A stretch of DNA of 64,000 bases from Minisyncoccota bacterium (GCA_035546615.1 DASZWM010000006.1:128001-192000); one strand, 5' to 3'; counted from the stretch's first letter, positions 52,004 to 61,891 are shown. Notes: generated from the sequence alone by a model not told the origin. Made by a program: numbers and translations.

Positions 52004-53914
52004 TTACTTGGCCTCCGGATTATCGTTGGGGGCTGATTGTGAGCCTGCTTCGCCCGGCGGAGGCGTTTGACCGTCCTGGGGAGCGGATTGAGAGCCTGCG
52101 GCCTTCTGCACCGCTTCGTAAACCTTCGAGAGTTCCTTTGAAAGCTCCTCGGCGGCCGATTTGAGCGCGGCTGCGTCGTCGCTTCCCTTCTTGCCCTCAA
52201 CTGCGGCGATTTTCTCGTTTATAGAAGCCTCGAGCTCCGCCGGAACCTTGCCCTTGTTGTCGGCAAGCGCCTTTTTGGCGCCGTAGACCAGCTGTTCGGC
52301 CTGGTTGCGGGCTTCGGCTATCTCCATTTTCTGCTTGTCGCTGGCGGCATTGGCCTCCGCGTCCTTCTTCATGCGCTCAATATCGGCGTCGGAAAGGCCC
52401 GAGCGGGCTTCGATGCGAATGGTCTGCTCCTTGCCGGTCGCCTTGTCCTTTGCCTTGACCGAAAGGATGCCGTTTGCGTCCACGTCGAAGGTGACCTCTA
52501 TTTGCGGCAGGCCCCGGGGCGCCGGCGGAATGCCGTCAAGCACGAACTGGCCAAGCGACTTGTTGTCGGATGCCATGGCGCGCTCGCCCTGGGTGATGTG
52601 TATCTCTACGGACGTCTGGTTGTCGGCTGCGGTCGAGAAGGTCTGCGATTTGCTGGTCGGAATAGTGGTATTGCGCTCAATAAGCTTGGTTGACACGCCG
52701 CCCATGGTCTCGATGCCGAGGGAAAGCGGAATAACGTCCAAGAGGAGCACGTCCTTCACTTCGCCACCCAAGATGCCGCCCTGGATGGCGGCGCCTATTG
52801 CCACCACTTCGTCGGGGTTGACCGACATATTCGCCTTGCGGCCGAAGAACTTCTCTACCGCCGCCTGGAGCGCCGGCATCCGGGTCTGGCCGCCCACCAG
52901 AATGACCTCGTTGATATCGCCGACCTTAAAGGGAGAGGCTTCCATGGCGCGCTTGGTTATGGCCATAGCGCGGTCGACGAACTCCGCGGCGAGCTCCTCG
53001 AGCTTCGCGCGGGTCATCTTGATAAGCAGGTGGCGCGGGCCCGAAGCGTCGGAGGTGAGGAACGGGATGTTTACCTCGGTCTCAACGGCCGTTGAAAGCT
53101 CGATCTTGGCCTTTTCCGCCGCCTCGTCGAGGCGCTGGCGCGCGAGCGGGTCATTGCGCACGTCGATGCCGGACTCCTTCTGGAACTCGGTCGCGAGGAA
53201 GTCGATTATCTTCTGGTCGATATCCTTGCCGCCCAGGTGCGCATCGCCGTCGGTGGACTTAACCTCGATGGCGCCCTCGCCCTCGGTGGACATGCCGACC
53301 TCGAGGATGGAGATGTCGAAGGTGCCGCCGCCGAAGTCGAACACCGCTATCTTTTCGTCCTTTTTCTTGTTGAATCCGTACGCGAGCGCGGCCGCGGTCG
53401 GCTCGTTGATGATGCGCTTTACGTCCAGGCCCGCTATTTTGCCGGCGTCCTTGGTCGCCTGACGCTGGGAGTCGTTGAAGTATGCCGGAACGGTGATGAC
53501 CGCTTCGGTAATAGGCTCGCCGAGGCGCTTTTCAGCGTCCGCCTTGAGCTTGGCGAGGATCATCGCCGAAACCGCTTCAGGCGTGTACCATTGGTCGCCC
53601 ATCTGCACCTCTATGCCGCCGCTTGAGGTCTTGCGCATCTCGTAGGGCACCGCGCCTTTGTCCTTCTGAACCGCCGGCTCGTCGAACGTGTGGCCGATGA
53701 AGCGCTTTATCTGATAGACCGTGTTCTTGGGGTTGGTAACTCCCTGGCGGCGGGCGATGAGGCCCACCAGGCGCTCGCCGGTCTTGCTGGTTGCCACGAC
53801 CGAGGGCATAGTGCGCGCCCCTTCCGAAGTTTCAAGAATGGTCGCTTCGCCGCCCTTCATCACCGCCATTGCGGAGTTAGTGGTGCCCAGGTCTATGCCG
53901 AGAATTTTTGCCAT
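52004..53914 (-). CDS. dnaK: Chaperone DnaK (Hsp70)
   Basis: [15 protein letters not shown]..., DLGGGTFD, canonical Hsp70. Confidence 0.97.
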   Translation of the reverse strand: MAKILGIDLGTTNSAMAVMKGGEATILETSEGARTMPSVVATSKTGERLVGLIARRQGVTNPKNTVYQIKRFIGHTFDEPAVQKDKGAVPYEMRKTSSGGIEVQMGDQWYTPEAVSAMILAKLKADAEKRLGEPITEAVITVPAYFNDSQRQATKDAGKIAGLDVKRIINEPTAAALAYGFNKKKDEKIAVFDFGGGTFDISILEVGMSTEGEGAIEVKSTDGDAHLGGKDIDQKIIDFLATEFQKESGIDVRNDPLARQRLDEAAEKAKIELSTAVETEVNIPFLTSDASGPRHLLIKMTRAKLEELAAEFVDRAMAITKRAMEASPFKVGDINEVILVGGQTRMPALQAAVEKFFGRKANMSVNPDEVVAIGAAIQGGILGGEVKDVLLLDVIPLSLGIETMGGVSTKLIERNTTIPTSKSQTFSTAADNQTSVEIHITQGERAMASDNKSLGQFVLDGIPPAPRGLPQIEVTFDVDANGILSVKAKDKATGKEQTIRIEARSGLSDADIERMKKDAEANAASDKQKMEIAEARNQAEQLVYGAKKALADNKGKVPAELEASINEKIAAVEGKKGSDDAAALKSAAEELSKELSKVYEAVQKAAGSQSAPQDGQTPPPGEAGSQSAPNDNPEAK

Positions 53915-53941
53915 AGTATTTTATAGATTAATTGCTAAATT

Positions 53942-54454
53942 TTAAGATTGTTTGTAGCTGCCTACCGACACTTGCGCCGGTCTGATGACGAAATCACCAA
54001 TACTATATCCGGAGCGTTCTACCGAGACAATAGTGTGCTCTTTTTCTGCCGAATCCACCGCGACTTCGCGCAGCGCCTCGTGCTTGTGCGGGTCAAATTT
54101 CTCGCCCGCGGCGCCATATTGCTCTATGCCCATGCGCTTAAGGGTGCCGAGGAGCTGCTTGTAGAGCACTTCAAGCTCCTTTGAGGCCCCATGCTTGGCT
54201 GACATCTCGAACGAGTCGAGTACCGGGATAAGCTCCTCCGCAAGGCCGGCCTTCGTGCGCTCCTGCATGTACTGGCGCTGCGTAGCCTCATCCTTTTTGT
54301 AGTTGGCGAGGTCCGCCTGCGAGCGCTGCCAGCCCTCAAGGTTGGTCTTTGCTTCCTCTTCTGCCTTCGAGGCGCGGTCGCGGAGCTTCTTTATCGCCCC
54401 TGCGGGATTTTCCGCGTCTTCTTCCGGCACGAACTCATCGTCGATGTCGGACAT
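53942..54454 (-). CDS. grpE: Nucleotide exchange factor GrpE
   Basis: GrpE coiled-coil and C-terminal beta domain (...FDPHKHEAL...). Confidence 0.9.
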   Translation of the reverse strand: MSDIDDEFVPEEDAENPAGAIKKLRDRASKAEEEAKTNLEGWQRSQADLANYKKDEATQRQYMQERTKAGLAEELIPVLDSFEMSAKHGASKELEVLYKQLLGTLKRMGIEQYGAAGEKFDPHKHEALREVAVDSAEKEHTIVSVERSGYSIGDFVIRPAQVSVGSYKQS

Positions 54455-54463
54455 AGTGAAAAC

Positions 54464-54491
54464 ATTATACTCAAAATTTGAGATTGGTCAA
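54464..54491 (-). promoter_or_regulatory. grpE promoter TTGACC-N16-TATAAT (minus strand) with a 13-nt palindrome CTCAAAATTTGAG embedded in the spacer; ATG 9 nt downstream of the -10
   Basis: Reverse complement of 54464-54491; palindrome at 54470-54482. Confidence 0.55.
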
Positions 54492-54498
54492 GAAAAAA

Positions 54499-54520
54499 CC
54501 GGCTTTCGCCGGCTTTTCTT
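54499..54520. terminator. Bidirectional terminator (AGCCGGCGAAAGCCGGCT with A/T tracts) between rpsI and the grpE promoter; a second 10-bp inverted repeat CGAGTTTAGC-N4-GCTAAACTCG lies at 54551-54574
   Basis: Stem-loop with TTTTTT on the minus strand. Confidence 0.65.
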
Positions 54521-54747
54521 GAAGTATAGTTAGCGCTTGCGGCCACATGTCGAGTTTAGCCGTCGCTAAACTCGCACGCGGTCAGGCGTCGTTTTCTGCT
54601 GAAAACGCGCACGACCCTGGCTCGCGCCGTCGCGCTCCGCCTCTGAATCCTTCAGGTGTTCGGATTCAGCCCGCCTCGCCATTTTGCAAGTGCAAAATAT
54701 GGCTCCGGCCGTCTCGCGTTTAATAAAAGCAAAACTGATTGCTTTTA

Positions 54748-55161
54748 TTAGCGCTTCGACCACTGCTTGCGCTTGCGGGCTTTTCTGAGGCCGAACTTGC
54801 GGCGCTCTTTAGCGCGAGGGTCGCGCTTGAGGAAGCCCTCCTTCTTGAGGACGCCGCGCAGGTCGGCCTGATAGTCGACGAGCGCGCGGGAAATAGCATG
54901 GCGTACCGCGATAGCCTGCCCCGCGATGCCGCCGCCGCGGACAACGATGGTAACCGCGAACTGAACCGGCAAATTTACCTTGAGGAACGGCTCCATAGCC
55001 GCTATGCGAAGGGCTTCGGTATCAAAATACTTGTTCGCGTCCATGTTGTTTATGGAAACGATGGTGCGCGGGCCCGGCGTAAGGCGGGCGCGGGCGATAG
55101 CCGTCTTGCGGCGGCCGATGGTCTCTATATAGCGGTCTGTTTCTTTGGGTTTGGTTGCCAT
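54748..55161 (-). CDS. rpsI: 30S ribosomal protein S9
   Basis: ...GGGIAGQAIAVRHAISRAL... C-terminal KR-rich tail. Confidence 0.95.
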   Translation of the reverse strand: MATKPKETDRYIETIGRRKTAIARARLTPGPRTIVSINNMDANKYFDTEALRIAAMEPFLKVNLPVQFAVTIVVRGGGIAGQAIAVRHAISRALVDYQADLRGVLKKEGFLKRDPRAKERRKFGLRKARKRKQWSKR

Positions 55162-55163
55162 AA

Positions 55164-55505
55164 CTATTTTTGTATCGTAAGCAGCTTGATGCGCTTCGCC
55201 TGCAGCTTGTTCTTGGGGAGCATGCCCAGCACCGCGCGGCGGATGGCTTCTCCATGGCCGCGGCGCGCCGTGAGCATACTATAGTTCTCGAACTTTTGCC
55301 CGCCCGGATAGCCGGAGTAGCGGACGTACTCCTTCTGGAGTTCCTTGGCGCCGGAGATCTTTATCTTGGAAGCGTTCGTGACGGTTACCTCCTCGCCCAT
55401 GACGGCGTTCTTGGCGAAGGTCGGCTTGTGCTTGCCGAGCATGACCTTTGCCGCCTCCGAGGCGACACGGCCGAGCGTCTTATTTGTTGCGTCGATGGTA
55501 ATCAT
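55164..55505 (-). CDS. rplM: 50S ribosomal protein L13 (short, 113 aa)
   Basis: MITIDATNKTLGRVASEAAKVMLGKHKP... Confidence 0.9.
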   Translation of the reverse strand: MITIDATNKTLGRVASEAAKVMLGKHKPTFAKNAVMGEEVTVTNASKIKISGAKELQKEYVRYSGYPGGQKFENYSMLTARRGHGEAIRRAVLGMLPKNKLQAKRIKLLTIQK

Positions 55506-55538
55506 ATTATGAATTCACTTTTTGATTGATCGAGTTTG

Positions 55539-55886
55539 CTACACAAACTCGATTAGCGCCATTGGGGATGCGTCGCCCTTGCGCGGCACCATCTTGACGA
55601 TGCGGGTGTATCCGCCCGCGCGTTCCTTGTAATTCTGTGCCGTCTTGATGAGCTTGTTGGCGGTTTTAATGTCGCCGAGCTGCGCCACCAGCAGGCGGCG
55701 GCTGGCGACGCTGTCGGTCTTGCCGCGGGTGAGCATTTTCTCAACGAGCGGGCGGATCTCCTTGGCCTTGGCCTCGGTGGTAGTGATGCGGCCGCGGATG
55801 ACGAGCGAGCGGGCAAGGGACTTAAGCAGCGCCTCACGTGGGCCCTTCATGCGTCCGAATTTTCTGTTGTTGTTGCCGTGTCTCAT
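55539..55886 (-). CDS. rplQ: 50S ribosomal protein L17
   Basis: MRHGNNNRKFGRMKGPREALLKSLARSLV... Confidence 0.93.
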   Translation of the reverse strand: MRHGNNNRKFGRMKGPREALLKSLARSLVIRGRITTTEAKAKEIRPLVEKMLTRGKTDSVASRRLLVAQLGDIKTANKLIKTAQNYKERAGGYTRIVKMVPRKGDASPMALIEFV

Positions 55887-55908
55887 GGGTTTAGTACTTC
55901 AGGTCGGA

Positions 55909-56868
55909 CTACTTAAGGATGATACCGAAGTTCGCAAGCGCGCGCTTGACCTCCTGTATAGCTTTCGGGCCCATGCCCTCTATCTCAAGCAGGTCATCCT
56001 CCTTCTTGCGGGCGAGGCCTCCGACAGTGCGGATGTTCGCCTTTTCGAGCGCGGAAATAGTGCGGCTGGAGAGCTCGAGGTCCTCGATGCGGGTCTTCAT
56101 GACCTCGGCCGAGCTGTCGGGGCTGAGAGCGGCGTCAGCTGCGGCCGCCTGAGGTGCAGCCTCCGGAGCCTCTTCCTCGCGGAAGCCGACAATGGACTTG
56201 AGCTGGGTGATCATTATTTCGATGGACTGCTCGAGCGCTGCGCGCGGGGCGACGGTGCCGTCGGTCTCGATGGAGATGCGGAGGCGGTTGAAGTCGGTGC
56301 GGTCGCCGACACGCATGTTCTCCACCTCGTAGTTCACGCGGCGGATGGGGCTGAAAATAGCATCGACGGAGATCTCCCCTATCTCGACGCGCTCCTTCTT
56401 AAGCGCCTCGCGCGGCACGTAGCCCAGGCCGCGCTCGATGTGGAACTCCGCCTCTATGGAAGCGTCCTTGGAGGTAAGCTCGCAGATATAGGAATCAGGA
56501 TTGAGGAGGCGCACCTGGCCGGGAACCTGGAGGTCCGCGCCGGTCACCTTCTTGGCGCCCTTTGCGGAAAGCGTAACCACCTGCGCCTCGCCGCCGATTA
56601 TCTCGAAGCGGAGCTTCTTGAGGTTGAGCAAAAGAGTGACGACATCCTCCTTCACGCCGTCCATGGTGGAGAACTCGTGCTCGACGCCCTCTATCTTAAC
56701 GGAAGTAACCGCCGCGCCGGGGAGCGAAGAAAGGATGATGCGGCGCAAGGAATTGCCAAGCGTGTGGCCGTAGCCCGGGTAGAGGCCGTCTATCTCGTAG
56801 ACGCCGGACTGGTCCTCCTCGTTAACGACGCGAGGCTTCGACGGCAATGTGATTGAATACTCCATCAT
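55909..56868 (-). CDS. rpoA: DNA-directed RNA polymerase subunit alpha
   Basis: N-terminal dimerisation domain and C-terminal alpha-CTD (...DLELSSRTISALEKANIRTVGGL). Confidence 0.95.
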   Translation of the reverse strand: MMEYSITLPSKPRVVNEEDQSGVYEIDGLYPGYGHTLGNSLRRIILSSLPGAAVTSVKIEGVEHEFSTMDGVKEDVVTLLLNLKKLRFEIIGGEAQVVTLSAKGAKKVTGADLQVPGQVRLLNPDSYICELTSKDASIEAEFHIERGLGYVPREALKKERVEIGEISVDAIFSPIRRVNYEVENMRVGDRTDFNRLRISIETDGTVAPRAALEQSIEIMITQLKSIVGFREEEAPEAAPQAAAADAALSPDSSAEVMKTRIEDLELSSRTISALEKANIRTVGGLARKKEDDLLEIEGMGPKAIQEVKRALANFGIILK

Positions 56869-56921
56869 AAAATTATTTTTAAAATTAATTCTTTTTAATT
56901 GTGTCTCGTAAACTCGACGTC

Positions 56922-57536
56922 TTAACGGCTGTAGAACTGGATAACCACTCCGGCGTTGAACGGAAGCTCGGTTTCAGAAAGGGTGGGCTCGGCCTTTACG
57001 GTAACGCCAAAGCCGTCTTCGGACGGGGCGAGCCAGTTCGGAAGCTTCGTTTCGGCGGCGGCCTCGGCGCGGTTCGCGAAAAGCGGGCTCTGGCGGCTCT
57101 CCTGGCGCACCGCGATGACCTCGCCCGGAGCGACCTTATATGAAGGGATGTTCACGCGGCGGCCGTTCACCGTCACATGGCCGTGGCCCACCAGCTGGCG
57201 GGCGGCGCGGCGGGTCTTTACCAGGCCGGCGCGGAAGACCGTGTTGTCGAGGCGCGCCTCAAGGCGCGAAAGGAGCGCGAGGGATGAATCCTTGCCGTGC
57301 TTCTCCATAGCCTCGCTCGCGTAGCGGTAGAACTGCGACTCGGTGAGCCCGTAGGTAAACCGGGCCTTCTGCTTCTCGAGAAGCTGGGCGCCGTAGTCGG
57401 AGCCGCCGCCGCGCTTGCCGCGGGAAATTTTCCGCGGTGCGCGGGCCTCGGCAAGCTGGTATTTCTGCGTCTGGCACTTCTCGAAGACCGATGCTCCAAG
57501 GCGCTTGCAGATCTTATATTTTGGTCCAATCAACAT
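56922..57536 (-). CDS. rpsD: 30S ribosomal protein S4 (start ATG 57536 or TTG 57554)
   Basis: MLIGPKYKICKRLG... S4 N-terminal zinc-ribbon-like region and S4 RNA-binding domain. Confidence 0.92.
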   Translation of the reverse strand: MLIGPKYKICKRLGASVFEKCQTQKYQLAEARAPRKISRGKRGGGSDYGAQLLEKQKARFTYGLTESQFYRYASEAMEKHGKDSSLALLSRLEARLDNTVFRAGLVKTRRAARQLVGHGHVTVNGRRVNIPSYKVAPGEVIAVRQESRQSPLFANRAEAAAETKLPNWLAPSEDGFGVTVKAEPTLSETELPFNAGVVIQFYSR

Positions 57537-57594
57537 AAATTTATTTATGTTCAATTAAAAGAGGCATAGTAAAAAGGGTCATACAAATGATGGA

Positions 57595-58026
57595 TTACAC
57601 GCGGCGGGGCTTGGGCGGGCGCGGGCCGTTGTGCGGCACCGGCGTGCGGTCCTGGATGGAAGAAATATGGATACCCTTGCTCGTGAAAGCGCGGATGGAG
57701 GACTCGCGGCCGGCTCCGACGCCCTTCACCACAACCGAAACCTCGCGCAGGCCCATGAGCGCCGCCTTATCGGCCAGGAGCTCCCCTACCTTGGCGGCCG
57801 CGAACGGGGTGCCCTTCTTGGCGCCCGCAAAGCCCAAAGAGCCGCTTGAGGACCACAACACGACGTTGCCGGACGGGTCCGCCACGGAGATCTTGGTGTT
57901 GTTATAGGTGGCCTCCACCATAAGGATGCCGGTATCGAGCTTGCGCTTGGATGCGCGCGAGGAAGAACCCCGGTTTTCGCCCGACCCCGCCTCACCCCCC
58001 TTTTTGACTATTCGTTTCTTACCCAT
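57595..58026 (-). CDS. rpsK: 30S ribosomal protein S11
   Basis: ...GILMVEATYNNTKISVADPSGN... Confidence 0.95.
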   Translation of the reverse strand: MGKKRIVKKGGEAGSGENRGSSSRASKRKLDTGILMVEATYNNTKISVADPSGNVVLWSSSGSLGFAGAKKGTPFAAAKVGELLADKAALMGLREVSVVVKGVGAGRESSIRAFTSKGIHISSIQDRTPVPHNGPRPPKPRRV

Positions 58027-58055
58027 AGGTATAGTCTGCTAGATTACAATATATT

Positions 58056-58436
58056 TTATGTCTTTTCAACCTTGCGGCGGCCGGAACCCATGGTCTTGCG
58101 GACATTGCCGCGGACGGTGCGGGAGTTGGTCTTGGTGCGCTGGCCGCGAACCGGCAGTTTCTTGCCGTGGCGAAGGCCGCGGTACGCGCCGATATCCTTG
58201 AGGCGCTTGATATTGCCGGCCACTTCGCGCTTGAGGTCGCCCTCGAGCTTGAAGGATTCGACGATGCGGCGGATGTCGTTCTCGTCATCCGGCGTGAGGT
58301 CCGCGATCTTCTTCATCGGGTCCACCTTCGCGTCTTTGCAAATTTGGGCGGCGCGAGGCTGGCCGATACCGTACAAAGTGGTCAGGCCGTAGACGAGGCG
58401 CTTGTTATTGGGAAGTGTGATGCCGGTTATACGCAT
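58056..58436 (-). CDS. rpsM: 30S ribosomal protein S13
   Basis: MRITGITLPNNKRLVYGLTTLYGIG... Confidence 0.95.
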   Translation of the reverse strand: MRITGITLPNNKRLVYGLTTLYGIGQPRAAQICKDAKVDPMKKIADLTPDDENDIRRIVESFKLEGDLKREVAGNIKRLKDIGAYRGLRHGKKLPVRGQRTKTNSRTVRGNVRKTMGSGRRKVEKT

Positions 58437-58448
58437 AAAATATCTTCG

Positions 58449-58562
58449 CTAGCCCTGCTTTTGCTTGTGGCGCGGGTTGCTGCAGGTAACGTAAATGCGG
58501 CCCTTGCGGCGGACCAGCTTGCAATTCGCGCAGCGCTTTTTGATGGATGCTTTTATCTTCAT
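58449..58562 (-). CDS. rpmJ: 50S ribosomal protein L36 (37 aa; missing from the ORF track)
   Basis: Manual translation: [37 protein letters not shown] (C-x2-C...C...H zinc ribbon). Confidence 0.9.
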   Translation of the reverse strand: MKIKASIKKRCANCKLVRRKGRIYVTCSNPRHKQKQG

Positions 58563-58566
58563 TGCG

Positions 58567-58776
58567 TTACATTCTCCTGGTGATCCTGCCCTTTCCCCCG
58601 TAGGGGTCAAGCTTGACCGTCACCTTGTCGCCTACCAGGACCTTTATCCGGTGAAGGCGCATTTTGCCGGCCAGGTACGCAAGAATAGTTTCGCCCCCAT
58701 CAAGGTTGACCTTGAAGAGGGTGTTTGGGAGCGCTTCTTCGACTACTCCCCCTACTTCCTTATCCGACGTATCCAT
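58567..58776 (-). CDS. infA: Translation initiation factor IF-1
   Basis: ...[29 protein letters not shown]... S1-like OB fold. Confidence 0.95.
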   Translation of the reverse strand: MDTSDKEVGGVVEEALPNTLFKVNLDGGETILAYLAGKMRLHRIKVLVGDKVTVKLDPYGGKGRITRRM

Positions 58777-58841
58777 TAGCGACAGCGTTTTCTATAGTAA
58801 CAAGTAGGCCCGCGGATGTCAATTTAGCCCTGAGCGGAGCC

Positions 58842-60143
58842 CTACTTTTGGGTGCCGGAAACCACGGTTATCTTGTCCGGATCGGCCGGGAAGCTCCCCT
58901 GCCAGAACGGACGGACCTTCGCCTCGGCGCGGCTAATGGCCGGCGCGAACGACTCAACTATGGCCTGGAAGGTGTCTTTTTTCTTGCCTACCAGCGCCGC
59001 TTTGAGGCCCGCCTGGTCGTACTGCCATACGAGGGTCGGGCTGCCGCCGAGCGTTATCGTAATATCCGCTCCCGGTTTCGTAGTGGTCGCGGCCGCAAGC
59101 GTCAGCTGGGAAACGTCCGCAAACGCGACCGGTTCGCCGTTGTAGGCGGACACTGAAGCGCGCGCGACAGCGGCGGCGAGCGCATCCACCTTCACTATGG
59201 CGCCCGTCATCGTTGCCGATTGCGCAAGAGTGGCGTTATTGGCGCCCGCGGGCGTCTGCGATGTATTGCTGAAGGTCAGCTGGAGGCTTCCGGGAATGAC
59301 GACGTAGTCTGCGGGGATCTGGGAGGTAAGCGAGGACTGAGCCGCCTGGCTCAAGCCCTGCTTGAGCGTGTCGGTGCCGCGGGCAAGATCGGCAGACGCG
59401 ACGGACGGCTCCGGCCCGACATATCCGCCGGAAATCGCCGAGGCCTGGGCATAGAACTTGTCGTAGCGCGGGTCGCTCTTGAAGCCGGGGATAGTGAAGC
59501 GCGTCTCGCCGCGATTGTACGCCTCGCCAGGCGAGTCCGCGTAGACGGTGGCGGTGGCCGAGCCGGGGGTAATAGTGCCGTCTGCGGCCTTCGTGCCGCC
59601 CGGTACCACGACGGAATCATGAATGCGGTAGATCTTGCCGTCCGGAGCCTCGAAGCGCGTATTGGCGATAAGGCGCTGGACATCGGTTCCCGCGGCATTG
59701 TAGATGGTGATGACGCCGGAGGCGCTGCGCGACACCTGCTTGGTGCCCGAGGCCGTAACGGTGGTGCTTGCCGAGCGCGTAACGGTCATCGTCTCGTAGC
59801 CGAGCTCGCCGCCCGCGGGATGCAGTTTTGCGGTAAGGGTAGCGGGCGGTGTTACCGGTTCCTGCTTCGGATACACGGTAACGGTCGCCCCCGCGAAAAG
59901 GGTCGAAAGGAGGAGGCCGGCCAGAGCGCACACCACGACGACCGCGGCTGCGATTATCACGAACAGGCGGCGGTTGCCCCGCGGGTGGCGGCGTATCATA
60001 GCAGGGCGTTCTTGGGGCATAGGGGTATCGATTTCGTCGTCCATATCCTGCGCGGGCGCGGCGCCGGTTTCGTGCCGGCGGCGCGAGGGAGATACCGGGA
60101 TGTTTCGGATAGAACGTCGCTCCGGGGGCACCATGTCGCGCAT
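58842..60143 (-). CDS. Hypothetical bitopic membrane protein (433 aa): Arg-rich cytoplasmic N-terminus, one TM helix, large Thr/Ser/Ala-rich extracytoplasmic domain
   Basis: TM helix LFVIIAAAVVVVCALAGLLLSTLF at ~residues 60-85; no catalytic motifs seen. Confidence 0.55.
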   Translation of the reverse strand: MRDMVPPERRSIRNIPVSPSRRRHETGAAPAQDMDDEIDTPMPQERPAMIRRHPRGNRRLFVIIAAAVVVVCALAGLLLSTLFAGATVTVYPKQEPVTPPATLTAKLHPAGGELGYETMTVTRSASTTVTASGTKQVSRSASGVITIYNAAGTDVQRLIANTRFEAPDGKIYRIHDSVVVPGGTKAADGTITPGSATATVYADSPGEAYNRGETRFTIPGFKSDPRYDKFYAQASAISGGYVGPEPSVASADLARGTDTLKQGLSQAAQSSLTSQIPADYVVIPGSLQLTFSNTSQTPAGANNATLAQSATMTGAIVKVDALAAAVARASVSAYNGEPVAFADVSQLTLAAATTTKPGADITITLGGSPTLVWQYDQAGLKAALVGKKKDTFQAIVESFAPAISRAEAKVRPFWQGSFPADPDKITVVSGTQK

Positions 60144-60189
60144 ACGTATAAGTAATTATACCGTAAATTTTTTGCCCGCCTAGGGCTTA

Positions 60190-61164
60190 TCAGGCGTAGC
60201 GTGACTTATCCACAAAAAGGGCCTCCAGCATAAGGGGCAAGTCAGGCCGCGCCCCGTGCCCGCCCATGAACGGCTGCGCGTGCCCAGTACGCACCGCGCG
60301 CACGCTGGCCCCGTCCTGAAAGAGTTCCGAAAGCGAGTCGTTGTCGCCGAGCGCGCGGGCGAACCACGTCTCGGAAAGCTGGGGCGCCAAAACGAATACG
60401 CTCTGCGCCGGAGCGACCCTGAGAAGCGGCTTGGCGACATCCGCGAACTCTTCCGCAAAATGGGCGGCCGCGTGGCGCAGCGGCTCCGGGGCCGGATGGC
60501 CACTGGCCCCGCGGCCTTCAAGGCTCAGATACGAGCGGGCCTCCTCCGGGCTCATGCCGCCGTGGGATATGAGCGTCCGCAGCAGCGTGTGGAGGCCCAG
60601 CGGCAGGGTCGCGCGGGCCTTCAGGGAGTTGTCGGCGACAAGCAGGAGCTCTGTCGCCTCCCCGCTCACGATGCATATAAGCGCCGGCCCTTCATCGGGA
60701 AAAAACGACAGCGCTCCGTGCAAGGCGGCGGCGCCGTATGGGTGCAGGCTCAGCTTCTGCTCGCCCAAAGTCGCCCGCGCCGCCGAGCGCAGCGTATCGC
60801 GCATATGCGGCATGAAGGTCGGGGTTCCCGCAAGTTCTATAGAGGCCCACGGGACGGAAAAGAACCCGGCAATATGGGCTACCTCGCCCTCGGTGCCGAG
60901 CGTTTCGTGCAGGCGCATGCGGGACGAAACCTCGCTTATGTGCGCGAGAGCTTCCTCAAGCGCCTTTTCCGTCTGGCGCGCCAGCAGCGCCGGATTATGG
61001 GTGCGCGACAGCGGCAAGAGGACGCGCTTTTCGGCGAACAGGCGCGGCGCCTCGCCGGGTGCAAGGCGCACGAGCGCCGCGGCAACGCTGCCGTTCTCGA
61101 TATCGGCTATCGCGACGGTCTTGCCTGCGCGTTTTTTCTTCCCGAACATAAAATAAGTATACAC
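60190..61164 (-). CDS. Hypothetical actin-fold (ASKHA) ATPase-like protein, PilM/FtsA-like
   Basis: N-terminus GKKKRAGKTVAIADIENGSVAAALVRL resembles the PilM/FtsA phosphate-1 region (G.D.G...K.V); second Gly-rich segment ICIVSGEATELLLV. Weak. Confidence 0.4.
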   Translation of the reverse strand: MYTYFMFGKKKRAGKTVAIADIENGSVAAALVRLAPGEAPRLFAEKRVLLPLSRTHNPALLARQTEKALEEALAHISEVSSRMRLHETLGTEGEVAHIAGFFSVPWASIELAGTPTFMPHMRDTLRSAARATLGEQKLSLHPYGAAALHGALSFFPDEGPALICIVSGEATELLLVADNSLKARATLPLGLHTLLRTLISHGGMSPEEARSYLSLEGRGASGHPAPEPLRHAAAHFAEEFADVAKPLLRVAPAQSVFVLAPQLSETWFARALGDNDSLSELFQDGASVRAVRTGHAQPFMGGHGARPDLPLMLEALFVDKSRYA

Positions 61165-61295
61165 CCTGTCGGCGCGCGCGTTTTTTATAGTATGAAAAGC
61201 AAAAGGGCACCTGACGGTGGGTATTGCAGAATCATTTCTGATCGCGCGTGCACCACCAGGTGCCCGGATAGGTTACGGAATATCAGCCGTTTCGA

Positions 61296-61706
61296 CTACG
61301 TCGCCTGCTTCCTGTCCCGGCTGAGCCGGTCAAAGAAGACGCTCCCATCCTCGACGAAATTCGCGAGGAAGACGATCAGCGCGATAACGAACGCGCTGAC
61401 GAAGGGATTGGTAAGCCCGTTTCCGACCGTGAGGTCGACCATGCCGGCGTAGAGGCCAAGCAGGAGGATCTCGGCATAGGTGACCAGCCGAAGCGCGATT
61501 CCGCCGACGGATGTTGCAGCCTGCGAGTTACCCCGCACGACCCTGACACCCAGAACGACGAGACCGGCGACGATGAGCACCAGACCGATACCGAATTGGA
61601 CCGACCATTCCTGATAGCCCGGAATCGCCCGACCCAGAGGGTAGAACGAGAGGGCGATGAGGAGAGCGGCGACGTTGTAAAATACGAGCTTGCCTTGGTT
61701 TGGCAT
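61296..61706 (-). CDS. Hypothetical multi-pass membrane protein (start likely MPNQGKLVFYN)
   Basis: Four predicted hydrophobic helices. Confidence 0.5.
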   Translation of the reverse strand: MPNQGKLVFYNVAALLIALSFYPLGRAIPGYQEWSVQFGIGLVLIVAGLVVLGVRVVRGNSQAATSVGGIALRLVTYAEILLLGLYAGMVDLTVGNGLTNPFVSAFVIALIVFLANFVEDGSVFFDRLSRDRKQAT

Positions 61707-61891
61707 TTTCGTAAAACCTTTCCTTACCAGAGTTACGTTACTTGGAACGAACAAACAACCGTTCCATATACTATTATATCATATATGCCTGTCTGATGTC
61801 AAGAACCTAAAAAAAGAGCTGTGCAGCTAGTTACCGTAGCGTAGCGCAAAAAAGAAAGCGTCCGGCAATGGATTGCCGGACGCTTTGGTAC

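Noticed and set aside
50565-53462. Plus-strand ORFs 50565-51896 and 52305-53462
   Set aside because: Antisense to the ABC exporter and dnaK.
55645-56856. 403-aa plus-strand ORF
   Set aside because: Antisense to rplQ/rpoA.
59220-61452. Plus-strand ORFs 59220-60155 and 60256-61452
   Set aside because: Antisense to the two hypothetical minus-strand genes; extreme Arg/Gly/Ala content.
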